NCBI RefSeq assembly: GCF_006345805.1
Contig: NC_043002.1
Span: 98,084,001 to 98,148,000 of the forward strand
Direction: 5' to 3'
Source of the DNA: Octopus sinensis
Lineage: Eukaryota
Length of the DNA stretch: 64,000 nt
Shown here: one piece after another, positions 11,341-24,199 of the stretch
Layout of the letters: each line of letters begins with the position of its first letter
Position numbering within the stretch: position 1 is the stretch's first letter
Notes under the pieces: generated by a model
What the model was told of the DNA's origin: nothing
What the model saw: only the letters and a program-made list of their open reading frames with translations
The model's database searches: none
Position numbers and translations under genes: made by a program

Positions 11341-12022
11341 TATTAGTTATCGCCATACTAATATGGCATTCTTATAAAAATAAGAATAAAGCTGACCGCT
11401 TATTAGCTCCATGAGGCCATCGCCTAAGTTAGCTATTGATACACAAACTGTATCCATATAACCTTTGAACAAGGGAGGTCAGTCGCTCCACACTACTTGG
11501 CCGGCAGCTACAGACGCGTTTCGGGGTATTGCCCCTTTTCAATGCAGCGTAGCCAAACCAGTAGGTGTCGCTTCCGACAATCTCTGTTCAAAGGTTTTAT
11601 TTACCTAGCTTCGGTGGAATACATCCACTTGTTTTCAATAATAGAAATATTAAAATTACTAAGTCTCTCTAAAAGAGAACAACGGCAGCGTTCCCGGAAA
11701 ATATTAGTTATCGCCATACTAATATGGCATTCTTATAAAAATAAGAATAAAGCTGACCGCTTATTAGCTCCATTAGCTTATTATTAGCTTATTAGCTGCC
11801 GGCCAAGTAGTGTGGAGCGACTGACCTCCCTTGTTCAAAGGTTATATGGATACAGTTTGTGTATCAAATAGCTAACTTAAGGCGATGGCCTCATGGAGCT
11901 AATAAGCGGTCAGCTTTATTCTTATTTTTATAAGAATGCCATATTAGTATGGCGATAACTAATATTTTCCGGGAACGCTGCCGTTGTTCTCTTTTAGAGA
12001 GACTTAGTAATTTTAATATTTC

Positions 12023-12027
<5 letters not shown>
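11341..12027. mobile_element. Hammerhead-bearing 361-nt repeat: 1.2 tandem copies (-, 11341-11771) plus an inverted copy (+, 11793-12027)
   Basis: TATTAGTTATCGCCATACTAATATGGCA at 11341 and 11702; right part is its reverse complement; (TA)n on both outer sides; same family as 25311-26004. Confidence 0.85.
11508..11547 (-). ncRNA. Minimal type I hammerhead, U3:A8 core variant
   Basis: CTGCA-TTGAAAA-GGGG CAATA CCCC-GAAA-CGCG-TC^TGTAG; palindromic stem III ACGCGT; GUC site. Confidence 0.85.
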
Positions 12028-12095
<68 letters not shown>

Positions 12096-12499
12096 GTGCG
12101 CGCACATGCACACACACACACACATACACATTCACACACACACACACACACAAACGCATATATAGATGTGTGTACGTACGTGTATGTATGGTTATGCGTA
12201 TGTGGGTTCGTCTGCGAGTTGCCGCTAATTGTTAAAGCTGTCAGAATATCGTATGGATTGGTGTGTGATATGTGTTCCAACCCCTTTGCGTTCCAAGTTC
12301 GAATCTGGTCTTGGTCAATTTCGCCTGGCATCATTACCATGGCGATAAATCAAAATAACAGTTCATAGCCGACAGACTGACGGACTGTTAAAGCGTTGAA
12401 CGAACGTCTTGCGATATGTGTTACAAAATATTTGCATTCCGATTTCGAACCCCATCTTCAGTCGTAGCCAAAAGGATTGGTATTTGAAATAGTTTCAAA

Positions 12500-12700
12500 T
12501 TTTGGCACAAGGCCAGCAATTATCGGGGGGGGGAGGAAGTCGATTATATCGACCACAATGTTCAACTAATATTTATTTTATCGACCCTGAAAGGATGGAA
12601 GGCAGGAAGCGACTTTGGCGGAATTTGAATTCAGAACTTACGAAATGCCGCTAAGCATTATGTCCAGCGCACTAACGATTCTGCCAGCTCACTGCCTTCA
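12500..12700 (-). mobile_element. tRNA-derived SINE family B
   Basis: Reverse complement of GCGAGCTGGCAGAATCGTTAG...GAATTCAAATTCCGCC...GGCCTTGTGCCAAAATTTGAAAC; family recurs many times in the window. Confidence 0.8.
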
Positions 12701-12715
12701 ACTACTACTACTACT

Positions 12716-12806
<91 letters not shown>

Positions 12807-12838
12807 GAATGATGATAATGACAAAAATAATTATAACA

Positions 12839-12915
<77 letters not shown>

Positions 12916-13128
12916 TATTATTATTATTATTATTATTATTATAACAATAATGATAGTAATAATAATAATAATAATGATAATAATAATAATAATAATAATA
13001 TAATAATGATAATAATAATAATGATGATAATGACAAAAATAATTATAACAATAATGATAGTAATAATAATATAATAATAATAATAATAATGATGATAATA
13101 ATAATAATAATAATAATAATAATTATTA

Positions 13129-13165
<37 letters not shown>

Positions 13166-13266
13166 ACAATAATGATAGTAAAATAATAATAATAATGATA
13201 ATAATAATAATAATAATAATAATGATAATAATAATAATGATGATAATGACAAAAATAATTATAACA

Positions 13267-13340
<74 letters not shown>

Positions 13341-13504
13341 TATTATTATAACAATAATGATAGTAATAATAAAATAATAATAATGATAATGACAAAAATA
13401 ATTATAACAAAATGATAGTATAATAATAATAATAATAATGATGATAATGACAAAAATAATTATAACAATAATGATAGTAATAATAATATAATAATAATAA
13501 TATA

Positions 13505-13545
<41 letters not shown>

Positions 13546-13650
13546 TAATAAAAGAAGAAGAAGAAGAAGAAGAAGAAGAAGAAGAGAAGAAGAAGAAGAA
13601 GAAGAAGAAGAAGAAGAAGAAGAAGAAGAAGAAGAAGAAGAAGAAGAAGA
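12701..13650. repeat. Compound microsatellite (CTA)n-(TAA)n-(GAA)n with ~215-bp higher-order units
   Basis: GATGATAATGACAAAAATAATTATAACAATAATGATAG recurs at ~12811, 13023, 13239, 13383 and 13440. Confidence 0.9.
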
Positions 13651-13651
13651 A

Positions 13652-14520
13652 GGAAACCCATCAGTGGCTGCGGAGCTCAGGGCTAAAAGCAGAGAGCGAA
13701 GGTTTCATCCTGGCTGCTCAAGACCAAAGCCTATCAACCCGGAACTACCAGGCCAATGTGATGAAAAATGGAGCAGACCCAAAATGCCGATTCTGCAACG
13801 ACATGATTGAAACAGTGGACCACCTAATCTCTGGATGTAAAGTCTTAGCACCAGTGGAGTATAAATTAAGACATGACAGAGTTGGCCAATATCTACACTG
13901 GCTAATAAGTCGGCATTACAATATCAAAACTGCCGACAAGTGGTATAATCACCACCCTGAGGCGTAACTGAAGGAGAAAAGTAACCATTCTGTGGGACTT
14001 TCCAGTACATACAGACCGAACCATCAAGGCCAATAAACCAGATATTGTTGTGAAAGACCAAAACAATAAAGTTTGCTTATTGATCGACATGAGCATCCCC
14101 TGTGATCATAATATCTCAGCGAAAGAGTTTGACAAGCTCAGAAAATATAAAGACCTACTCATTGAAATTGAGAAAATGTGGCATCTCAAGGCGGTTACAA
14201 TACCAGTGATCGTAGGAGCACTAGGAATGCAGAAGGGAAACCGAAAATTATATGAGAATGATCCCTGGCTTACCATCCCTGCAAGAAGTGCAAAAGATTG
14301 TCTTAACTGGTACATCACACGTATTGAGAAGAGCATTGTCGATGTGAGAACTGTTGCTGCTCATGTATTTTAATTTAACTTTAAAAAAAAAAAAAAAAAA
14401 TATGAACGAACTACTGAGTTGGGTTTAATGGCCTACCAATATACACTATGAGTTTCTTTGCCCTAGGAGTCGGGAAGACATCGGCAAGAAATGGAAGAAA
14501 ATTGAAAGAAGAAAAAAAAG
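13652..14520 (+). mobile_element. Dong/R4-clade non-LTR retrotransposon, 3' fragment
   Basis: QWLRSSGLKAESEGFILAAQDQSL...CRFC...HLISGC...RHD, then PDIVV...LLIDMSIP...KYKDL (CCHC finger plus restriction-like endonuclease); 3' UTR followed by (TAA)n. Confidence 0.9.
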
Positions 14521-14555
14521 TAATAATAATAATAATAATAATGATGATGATAATA

Positions 14556-14607
<52 letters not shown>

Positions 14608-14939
14608 GTAATGAAGTGGTAGTACGCTTCGAAGGTTCTTCTGCGAGTATCTCAGCTGATTTCCGTCGTTGCCAGCACATCAGCCACGTTGGATAGACAA
14701 GATGGACCTCAATTACAAAGGAATATGTGTGTGTGCGTGTATATGGAAATATGTGTGGATATATATACGTTTATACATATATGAGTGAGCGTGTGTGTAT
14801 GAGAATTATGGGGTCTTGAAGCATCATTGTAACGAGTTGTAATTGACTTGTAGTCATTGAGACAAATGCAAAGTATATGATGAAAAATAAAAGAAATCAT
14901 CATCATCATCATCATCATTTATTATTATTATTAATTTTA

Positions 14940-15150
14940 AGGCGGGAAGGTGGCAGAACTGTTAGCACGCCGTGCGAAATTGTTAAAAAGAGGTATTTTG
15001 CCCGTTTTTATGTTCCGAGTTCAAATTCTGCCGAGATTGACTTTGCCTTTCATCCTTTCGGGAACGATTAAATAAATGCCAGTTACGCACTGGAGTCGAT
15101 GTAATCGATTTAATTCCCTCCGTCAAGATGCTCTTGTGGCAAAAATTTGA
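14940..15150 (+). mobile_element. SINE family B
   Basis: Colinear with family B consensus seen at 35690, 38222 and 38450. Confidence 0.75.
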
Positions 15151-15327
15151 AATAATAATAATTATTATTATTATTACTTATTATTATTATTTTATATTAT
15201 ATTATTATTATTATTATTATTATTATTTATTATTATTATTATTATATTATTATTATTATTATTATTATTATTTATTATTATTGAGTATTATAAATATATT
15301 ATTACTATCTGATATATGCATCATATA

Positions 15328-15394
<67 letters not shown>

Positions 15395-15515
15395 TATTAT
15401 TATTATATTACTACTTACTATACTACTACTACTATACTACTATTATTATTATTATTATATTATTATTATTAGTATTTATTATTATTATATTATATTATTA
15501 TTATTATTATTATTG

Positions 15516-15835
15516 AGTGACACCAAGTGACATCAAGTGACACTGGGGTAAAATATACGAAGCCCAATATACCCATCAGACTACCCGTTCTGATAGGGTA
15601 CACCAGGCACATGCATCACAAAATATTATATTATATTATTATTATTATTTTATTATTATTAATTATTATTATTATTATATTATTATTATTATTATTATTA
15701 TTTTATTATTTATTATTATTATTATTGAGTGACACCAAGTGACATCAAAGTGACACTGGGGTAAAATATACGAAGCCCAATATACCCATCGACTACCCGT
15801 CTGATAAGGGTACACCAGGCACATGCATCACAACC
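15516..15835 (-). repeat. Two ~105-bp copies of a short element embedded in (TTA)n, probably 3' ends of a (TAA)n-targeting retroelement
   Basis: GAGTGACACCAAGTGACATCAAGTGACACTGGGG...CATGCATCACAA at ~15516 and ~15727; internal ATCAGA/TCTGAT hairpin. Confidence 0.55.
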
Positions 15836-15838
15836 ATA

Positions 15839-15922
<84 letters not shown>

Positions 15923-16144
15923 TTTAATTATTTTAATTATTTTTAATTATTAGATTATTATTTATGTTTTTTATTTCACACTTTAACCCAGAAATAGCAG
16001 CTAATAATTTTCGTTTAATTTTCAGTTCGCATCCATCAGTGCTCTATATTTAAACTTGTTCTTCGTCTCTGACCTTACTGGCCCTACTCTGCCTGTCAGG
16101 AAATGAAAGCATCAAGCTTTCACTGATACTATGTTAGACGACAA

Positions 16145-16219
<75 letters not shown>

Positions 16220-17040
16220 TTATATATATATATAATATATATATATATGTATATATATATATATGATTATATGTATATTATAGTGTGTATGTGTGTGTAT
16301 ATGTATATGATATATATATATGATAATATTTTATATATTACTATATATATAAGTTATATTATGTATATATACATATATATACTATATATATAATGTTATA
16401 TATATATATATATAAATGTTTTATATATAAATTATATATATATAATACATACATACATACACTATATATGTACATGGATACATCTATATGTGTATGTGTG
16501 TGCGTATATGCGTGTATTATGATACATATACACTTACAAAGATTAGTACATATGCGTGTCTGTGTGTGTGTGTGTGTATTTAAGTGCAAGTGTACGCACA
16601 CTCACAGATATATGTAAGAATGTATGCATGTTTTATATAAGTTCGTGTGTATATTTGCATGTATCTGAGAGTGTGAATGAAAGCAACAAAGTTTATTGTG
16701 CGCTTACGTACAATAACGTACGAGAGTAGACAACTTTATTTTAGTAACACGAATACATATTTTCTAAAAATAGTTCAAGTGAATCAAGACATTTTAATAA
16801 AGGTTAATATTACATTTACGTATTTCTGCACAGGGCATAACAAAAGTACTCAAAAGGTTACATGTTTCTCATTATAAAAGAACCTGTACAACAGTTTCTC
16901 ACTTCGGAATTAGTTTCACCTCCTAAGTAATATTGTTAGCGGAAAGGCAATAGCTAACCAATTTATAAGAATACTATTGTTGTTGCTCTGACCTTGTGCC
17001 CAAATGTGAAACCGCTAATATTACTGTTGTTGTTGTTGTG

Positions 17041-17260
17041 AGGGCGCATGACCTAGTGGATGGGGGTGTTGCACTCACGGTCGCGAAATCCTGGTTTCAA
17101 TTCCTGGAGCGGATGATGCGTTGTGTTCATGAGTAAAACACTGCACCTCACGTTGCTTTGCGATCACTTTCACACCTGACACGCGGTACTGCATGCACTT
17201 ATGTTTCAAATTTAGGTAGAAGACCATCGATTTTCTGGGTGGCTGTAAGCCAGTATTCAA
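17041..17260 (+). mobile_element. tRNA-derived SINE (family D), degraded
   Basis: GGCGCATGACCTAGTGG A-box region and GGTTTCAATTCC B-box. Confidence 0.55.
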
Positions 17261-17579
17261 CAAGTACGTATTTTATCGGTCCCGAAAAGAAGAAAGGCAT
17301 AGTCGACCTTTGCGGCATTCGAACTCAGAATGTAAAGACGGACTAAATGCCGCTAAGCATTTTCCCCAGCTTGTTAACAATTGTAGCAGCTCGCCGTTTT
17401 ACTGTTAAATGCTAGTACCTGTATTTCAAAGGGAGCGAATTGGTTGGGTGGTGGATGTTTATAGAAGTGATGATTTTTCCTCGAAATGGAATATTTAAGC
17501 CAGATAAAATATATACATTTTTATACACCTTTCTGAGAAAGAGCTTTGCCGAGCTTAAAATATTAATAGGTCATTGTAA

Positions 17580-18300
17580 TCGTTAGCATGTCGGGCAAAA
17601 TGCTTAGCGGTAATTCGTCTGCCGCTACGTTCTGAGTTCAAATTCCGTCGAGGTCGACTTTGCCTTTCATCCTTTCGGGGTCGATAAATTAAGTACCAGT
17701 TACGCACTGGGGTCGATGTAATCGACTTAATACCTATGTCTGTCCTTGTTTGTCTCCTCTGTGTTTAGCCCCTTGTGGGTAATAAAGAAATAGGTATTTC
17801 TTCTGCCGCTACGTTCTGAGTTCAAATTCCGCCGAGGTCGACTTTGTCTTTCATCCTTTCGGGGTCGATTAAATAAGTACCAGTTTCGCACAGGGGTCAA
17901 TATAATCGACTTAATCCGTTTGTCTGTCCTTGTTTGTCCTCTCTGTGTGTAGCCCCTTGTGGGTAATAAAGAAATAGGTATTTCTTCTGCCGCTACGTTC
18001 TGAGTTCAAATTCCGCCGAGGTCGACTTTGTCTTTCATCCTTTCGGGGTCGATTAAATAAGTACCAGTTTCGCACAGGGGTCAATATAATCGACTTAATC
18101 CGTTTGTCTGTCCTTGTTTGTCCTCTCTGTGTGTAGCCCCTTGTGGGTAGTAAAGAAATAGGTATTTCCTCTGTCTTTACGTTCTGAGTTCAAATTCCGC
18201 CAATGTCAACTTTGACTTTCAAGTACTAGTTGCGTACTGAGTCGATCTAATCGACTGGCCTCTTTCCACCCAATTTCAGGCCTTGTGCCTAGAGTAGAAA
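17580..18300 (+). repeat. SINE family B containing a 184-bp tandem array (3 units with an alternative tail)
   Basis: GCCGCTACGTTCTGAG at 17621, 17805 and 17989, with a diverged equivalent at 18173; each unit ends TAATAAAGAAATA or TAGTAAAGAAATA. Confidence 0.9.
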
Positions 18301-18759
18301 AGATTAATAAGCCATTGTGTTTTCAGTGAACAGAATCCTAACTGATGGATTTGTAAAGTTTAATGTTATTTTTTTTATATAAGGCGGCGAGCTGGTAGAA
18401 TCGTTACCGCACCGAACAATCTTACTTAGCAGTATTTCTCCCCACTTCACATTCTGAGTTCAAATGCCGCCAGAGCTAACTGTGCTTTCATCCGTTCGGG
18501 GTCGTTAGAAAATGTACCATTTGAACACAGGGTTTCATGCAATCAATTTACCTTTTCTCCAGAAATTTCTGCCCTTGTGCTTAAATTTGAAACCAATATT
18601 ATTCCATTATATATGCCATTCTGGCAGAAACGTTAGAGCGTGGAAAAATACCTTGCTATTATTATTAATGTTTTGTACATTCCAAGTTAAAATCCCACTG
18701 GGATTAACTTTTCCTTTCACCACATGGGGAACATTAATCCACGCTAATATCTGAAAAGG

Positions 18760-19060
18760 TGGAGGCGCAATGGCTCAGTGGTTAGGGCAGCGGACTCGCG
18801 GTCGAAGGATCGCGGTTTCGACCGGGCATTGTGAGTGTTTATTGAGCGAAAACACCTAAAAGCTCCACAAGGCTCCGGAAGGGGGTGGTAGCGATCCCTG
18901 TTGTACTCTTTCGCCAAAACTTTCTTTCACTCTTTCTTCTGTAGGCCTGCTTCGCTTAGCCAGCGGGGTGGCGTCATTTGAAGGCTAAAACAATGTGAAG
19001 CGCATTGTGACCAACGATGTGTAGCAACATCTGATAGCCTGGTCGGTCACGTGACGTGAT
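18760..19060 (+). mobile_element. tRNA-derived SINE family C
   Basis: GGAGGCGCAATGGCTCAGTGGTTAGGGCAGCGGACTCGCGG tRNA-like head shared with 42718-43100, but a different tail. Confidence 0.85.
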
Positions 19061-19175
19061 TATCTGAAAAGAGACGCATAATGGATGTAATGATATATAA
19101 AAAATACGGATAATAAACCACAACGTAACATTTCTGCCTGTTCGAGTCATATGAAGCGCTGTATTTATTAATTTA

Positions 19176-19632
19176 CTAGCAGCATAGCCCGGCGTTGCCC
19201 GGGTATGTAAGAGCCCCTAGTAGGCAATGACTAATCCCAATCTAGTCCTTTCCCTCTAGGGAACGAAGGCGCATGTGTAGGTTGCAATGTCTTCTCTTCA
19301 CTCGAATACTTCTGTGTATACGATGTTCCTAGCTGTCCCTTTGGGCGAAAATATGAAAACATCATTGTGCCTCCCAACGCGTGAACAGCCCACGTACAGC
19401 CCAGAAAATGTGTTGCATATAAAAAGCTTAGATTCTCGACCCCATGTCGAATTTATTGATTTTTTCAGAACTGGAGGAACTTTTCAAAATTTTCGCTGCG
19501 TTAGTTTTGAATTATGACATTGGGCTATGTGTGTGTCAAGTTTCATCAGAATCGGTTGAAAGCCGTGGTCAGGGTGAGGGTACAACCTGACAGACACACA
19601 GACAGACAAACTGCCGTTTATATAGAGAGAGA
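19176..19632 (-). mobile_element. Non-autonomous Helitron
   Basis: Minus strand: A|TCTCTCTCTATATAAAC start, CCCGGGCAACGCCGGG hairpin, CTAG|T end. Confidence 0.85.
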
Positions 19633-20082
19633 TTGTAAAACATGCGACGAGGACGTTTGTAAAGCGTCATCTGTTGAAAGGAGGCGCTCAGTTATAAAAA
19701 AGGTGAGAGAATCAAATGTAGAGGAAAGACATAGGTTTGCGGTGGAATTGATACGTCAAATAAATGGAAGTACTTAGCACAATCACACATGTTTTGTAAG
19801 ACAGTTGGCATGGATCGGCTTGAAGTTATTTTATTCAGAGATGTCTAATTCAATACACAGCTGTGGCACACACGCAAGCACACATACACACACACACACA
19901 CTTAAACAAAAATATGCGCACACTTTTTCTTCTTAAAAGTTCACATATGTGGAGTATATATTAAGTCTGGTCTCTTCAATTATAACTGTTTCTACCAAAC
20001 TAGAGGATATGACAAATATATACATACATACATATATATATATATATATTATATATTATATATATAGTTATATATATATGTA

Positions 20083-20480
20083 TCTTTATATATAAAAGTG
20101 AAGTTGTGTGTCTGTCTCCTACGATTTAGATTCCTAACTACTCCCACATTTTGCGATGCAGTGTAACCAGAAGCGGGTATCTTATAGTCGTGATTCATAT
20201 CGAGCCCTTCTGGGTATAGCGCGCGTCTACGATGAGTCTACGATTTTTAAAATGATTTACCATCATTTTTTCCATTTGAATGCATTTTTTTCGCTATTAT
20301 AAAAGGGAAGTAACTCTCTAAAAATGTCTACGATGAGTCAACGATTTAAAAAAAAATTTACCATAATTTTTTTTCCATTTTTAATGCACTTTTTTGCTAT
20401 TTTTTTGGCTATAACGCTCTAAAAATGCTTATATAGTTATTTCCCTTACAAACCCGAGCAACGCCGGGCGATACTGCTAG
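20083..20480 (+). mobile_element. Non-autonomous Helitron (same family as 4729-5110)
   Basis: A|TC start, CCCGAGCAACGCCGGG hairpin, CTAG|T end. Confidence 0.85.
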
Positions 20481-20581
20481 TATATAAATATATATGCTTT
20501 TCGTACACGTATGTTTTAACAGAGCGTTCGTATTGTTTCTGCTATGCATGTTTAGATGTGCGGCTTTATATGTCTGTGTGC

Positions 20582-20612
<31 letters not shown>

Positions 20613-20856
20613 ATCATATGTGCTTATATATTCACACACACAAACACGCGCGCGCATGCATTTAGATATTATTATGTATATGCACATGTAGAGGCTATAG
20701 TTACGCCATGGGTTTTGTCCTGATGGCTAAATAAATTTAAGTATCCAAAGAAGGGCATCTAAGTATATAGATAGGTAGATAAACAGACGGACAAACAGAC
20801 AGACAAATAGATAAATAGATAGGGAGCTGGAGAGATAGAGAGATAAATAGACAGAC

Positions 20857-20888
<32 letters not shown>

Positions 20889-20889
<1 letters not shown>

Positions 20890-21219
20890 TGTTTCTTTAT
20901 TAGCCACACAGGGCTGCACACAGACAGGACAAAATTACACGGTAGAGCTTTTCTTTTGGGGGTAAAAGAAGGGGGTTTGGTTTTCGATCAAAAGGGATCG
21001 TAAATGGAAAGAAAGAGGACAAAAAAAGGGGGGGGGATAAAATAAATTTTAAAAAAAAGGGGCAGGTGAGGAAAAAAAAGGGAAAGGAAAAAAAATTGAT
21101 CAATAGGGATCGTTATCACAGAAATGTCAATATGAAGTGTAAAGAGGAGGACAGGTGAGGTTTACCCGTGGAAAGAAAAGCCTACGGAAAAGACCACGGT
21201 AACCTAGGTCAATGAAGTC
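20889..21219 (-). mobile_element. Probable 3' UTR of a non-LTR retrotransposon inserted in (GATA)n
   Basis: Pyrimidine-rich on the minus strand, ends AATAAAGAAACAT, (GATA)n on both sides; family not identifiable without the ORF. Confidence 0.5.
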
Positions 21220-21220
21220 G

Positions 21221-21252
<32 letters not shown>

Positions 21253-21268
21253 ATATATATATATATAT

Positions 21269-21406
<138 letters not shown>

Positions 21407-21911
21407 GGATGGATAGATAGACAAGACAGATAGATTCATGCATGTATGCATGCATACATACATACATACATACATACATACATACATACATACATACACA
21501 ACTTAGCTTGAAACTGTAACTCTACGAACATTTAAGTGATACCCAATCAACACATCTCTCATGAAATTTCCATTGTTTCAACTGCTTACCATGTCGTAGG
21601 TATTTACATACGGGATCGTTTCAGTTTTAAGACGTTTCACTATGAACTTAATGTAAGATTAAAATCAAGTGAAAATTTAACTCTTTGCTTGTTTTCTGTA
21701 TTACATGTGTATTACAAAGGACACTTTCCTCCCTGACGTCTACGCATCATATATGATACACATTCTCAATTTGTTTTCAACCACCTGAATAGCTTGGGAC
21801 TTATGAATGGAAAACTTTATATCACTCAGAAAGTTATAAACAAGGACTAATTAAAAAATTGAGAACAGGCATGGATGTTTAGTACAAACTTATGAAAATG
21901 CTTTGACACAA

Positions 21912-22081
21912 GGCGCAGGAGTGGCTGTGTGGTAAGTAGCTTGCTAACCAACCAATGGTTCCGGTTCAGTCCCACTGCGTGGCATCTTGGGCAAGTGTCT
22001 TCTGCTATAGCCGGCCCGACCAATGCCTTGTGAGTGGATTTGGTAGACGGAAACTGAAAGAAGCCTGTCGTATATATTATA

Positions 22082-22114
<33 letters not shown>

Positions 22115-22340
22115 CGTGTGTGTGTGTTTGTATGTCTGTGTTTGTCACCCTAGCATTGCTTGACAGCCGATGCTGGTGTGTTTACGTCCCCGTCACCTAG
22201 CGGTTCGGCAAAAGAGACGATAGATAGAATAAGTACTGGGCTTACAAAGAATAAGTCCCGGGGTCGATTTGCTCGACTATAGGCGGTGCTCCAGCATGGC
22301 CGCCGTCAAATGACTGAAACAAGTAAAAGAGAAAAGAGTA
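21912..22340 (+). mobile_element. SINE family A, full length
   Basis: Near-identical to 8377-8785. Confidence 0.9.
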
Positions 22341-23115
22341 AAAGTGTTAACGCTGGCTCGTTGTTATACAGACTATATTTTTCTGATCTGTAACAGGTCT
22401 TAACCTATCGCAGAAATATATGCTAACACAGGATACACTCCGTACTACTCGAACGTAGGTACGATACTCAGTATTCACTGTTCAACTATCGAACTCGCAC
22501 GGTGAAACAACACCGTCAACTCCCCCCTTGGTAGTTCACTCCGTTCTTATTTATTCTAATTGGTTAGTCCACCTTCCGTCACGTGTGATTATTCAGGATT
22601 CTCCCATAACAAGTCTTAAAGACATTTCTTATTTTAATACTCTTTCTTGCCTCCCACACATCATTTCTCGGTCATAATACTGATCCTTTCCTCCTACAAT
22701 GGCGACATTTCGAAGCCAATTATGACAAGGTCCCAATTTCCTATACAATTATCACCGAGTTAGACCCAAGATATCTACACCAGCTTCCTTTTCCTTATTG
22801 TTTCAAAGTGTTTTGTTCTACTTAAGAGTTAGTTATAAACAGCTGTATGCATAAACGAAAGCACGCGCGGACATACGTGCATGCTCTCACGCATAAACAT
22901 AACAACAACATCAATAATGACCACTGCAGATACATGGACAACAACAACAACAATAACAACTACAAACAACAACAACAACAACAGCAACAATAGCAACAAC
23001 AACGACCATAAACACTATGCCTATAAGGAGAAAGCTACAGAGAAAAATATTTGATAAATTATCAGATGTTACAATTTATACTTGTATTTTAGTGGTTGCA
23101 AAGAGCAGCTGCGAA

Positions 23116-23154
<39 letters not shown>

Positions 23155-23178
23155 ACAATATACATATATATATTCCAT

Positions 23179-23214
<36 letters not shown>

Positions 23215-23218
23215 CCAT

Positions 23219-23294
<76 letters not shown>

Positions 23295-23297
<3 letters not shown>

Positions 23298-23502
23298 TAA
23301 TCCAAACAAGAAAGCACAAAAAAAATACAACAACGCTAGGACGTGGAACAAATATAGTATTATTGGATGCTCAGGAAAGAAGGAAAGGATGAGGGTTTAA
23401 CGTTTCGAGCGGAGCTCTTCGTCGGAAACATAGGAGAAGGAAAAATCCAGAGAAGGGAAGACAGAGGGAAAATCGCCAACGGTACACACGAGGTCACATT
23501 TT
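23295..23502 (-). mobile_element. Penelope pLTR-like terminus with hammerhead
   Basis: Reverse complement of 6975-7185; 3' end abuts (TA)n. Confidence 0.75.
23395..23429 (-). ncRNA. Minimal type I hammerhead motif (U4C variant)
   Basis: Identical to 7050-7084 on the opposite strand. Confidence 0.7.
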
Positions 23503-23774
23503 AGGCATGCATGCATATGTGCGCGTGGGCATGTGTGTAGGGAGAATTCAATACATAAGGGAGAAAATCCATTATTATATTCACTGTCAACTTGCATTAG
23601 GGATTCAATGATCGAGAATTCAATGATCGACTGAAGGTGGTGCTCCAGCATGGCCGTAGTCAAATGACTGAAACAAGTAAAAGAGTAAAAGAGTAAAGAG
23701 GGAGAGATATTACTGTTAATAATTTGCAATAATATCAGTGGCTAGCATGCGTAAAAGGCAAAATTATCAATTAA

Positions 23775-24180
23775 TGCTGACGAGTAGTACTTGTAGCAAA
23801 AGCGTGATAATAATAGCTGTCAAAACGGCTCAAACCCACGGTTTTCACTGGTACACAAGGGCGAAATCGAGGGAACGGGCAGCAAGATTTTAAGACCCCG
23901 TACCATAGACGAGAGGAATCGAAAATTAAAATCAGACATACCCATATCACAGTGATTTCGAACTTTGTGAATAATCAGTAATACTTACCCAGGGCTAAAA
24001 AATTGTGATATGGGTATGTCTGATTTTCGCTTTTGAGTCTTTCCGTCTATTGTACAGAGTCTTAAAATTTTGCTGCCCGTTCCTTCTATTTCGCCCTTCT
24101 GTACAAGTAATAACTGTGGCTTTCAGTTGTTTTGACTGTTATATTTAGCATGCTGGTGCTACAATTGGTACCCTTCAGTA
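23775..24180. mobile_element. TTAA-flanked foldback element (~406 bp, ~175-bp imperfect arms)
   Basis: TTAA|TGCTGA...TCAGTA|TTAA; inner arms AAAATCAGACATACCCATATCACA/TGTGATATGGGTATGTCTGATTTT pair perfectly. Confidence 0.75.
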
Positions 24181-24199
24181 TTAATATATATGTGTGTGA

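Noticed and set aside
22344-22840. TG...CA-bounded segment resembling a solo LTR
   Set aside because: No target-site duplication and no second copy in the window
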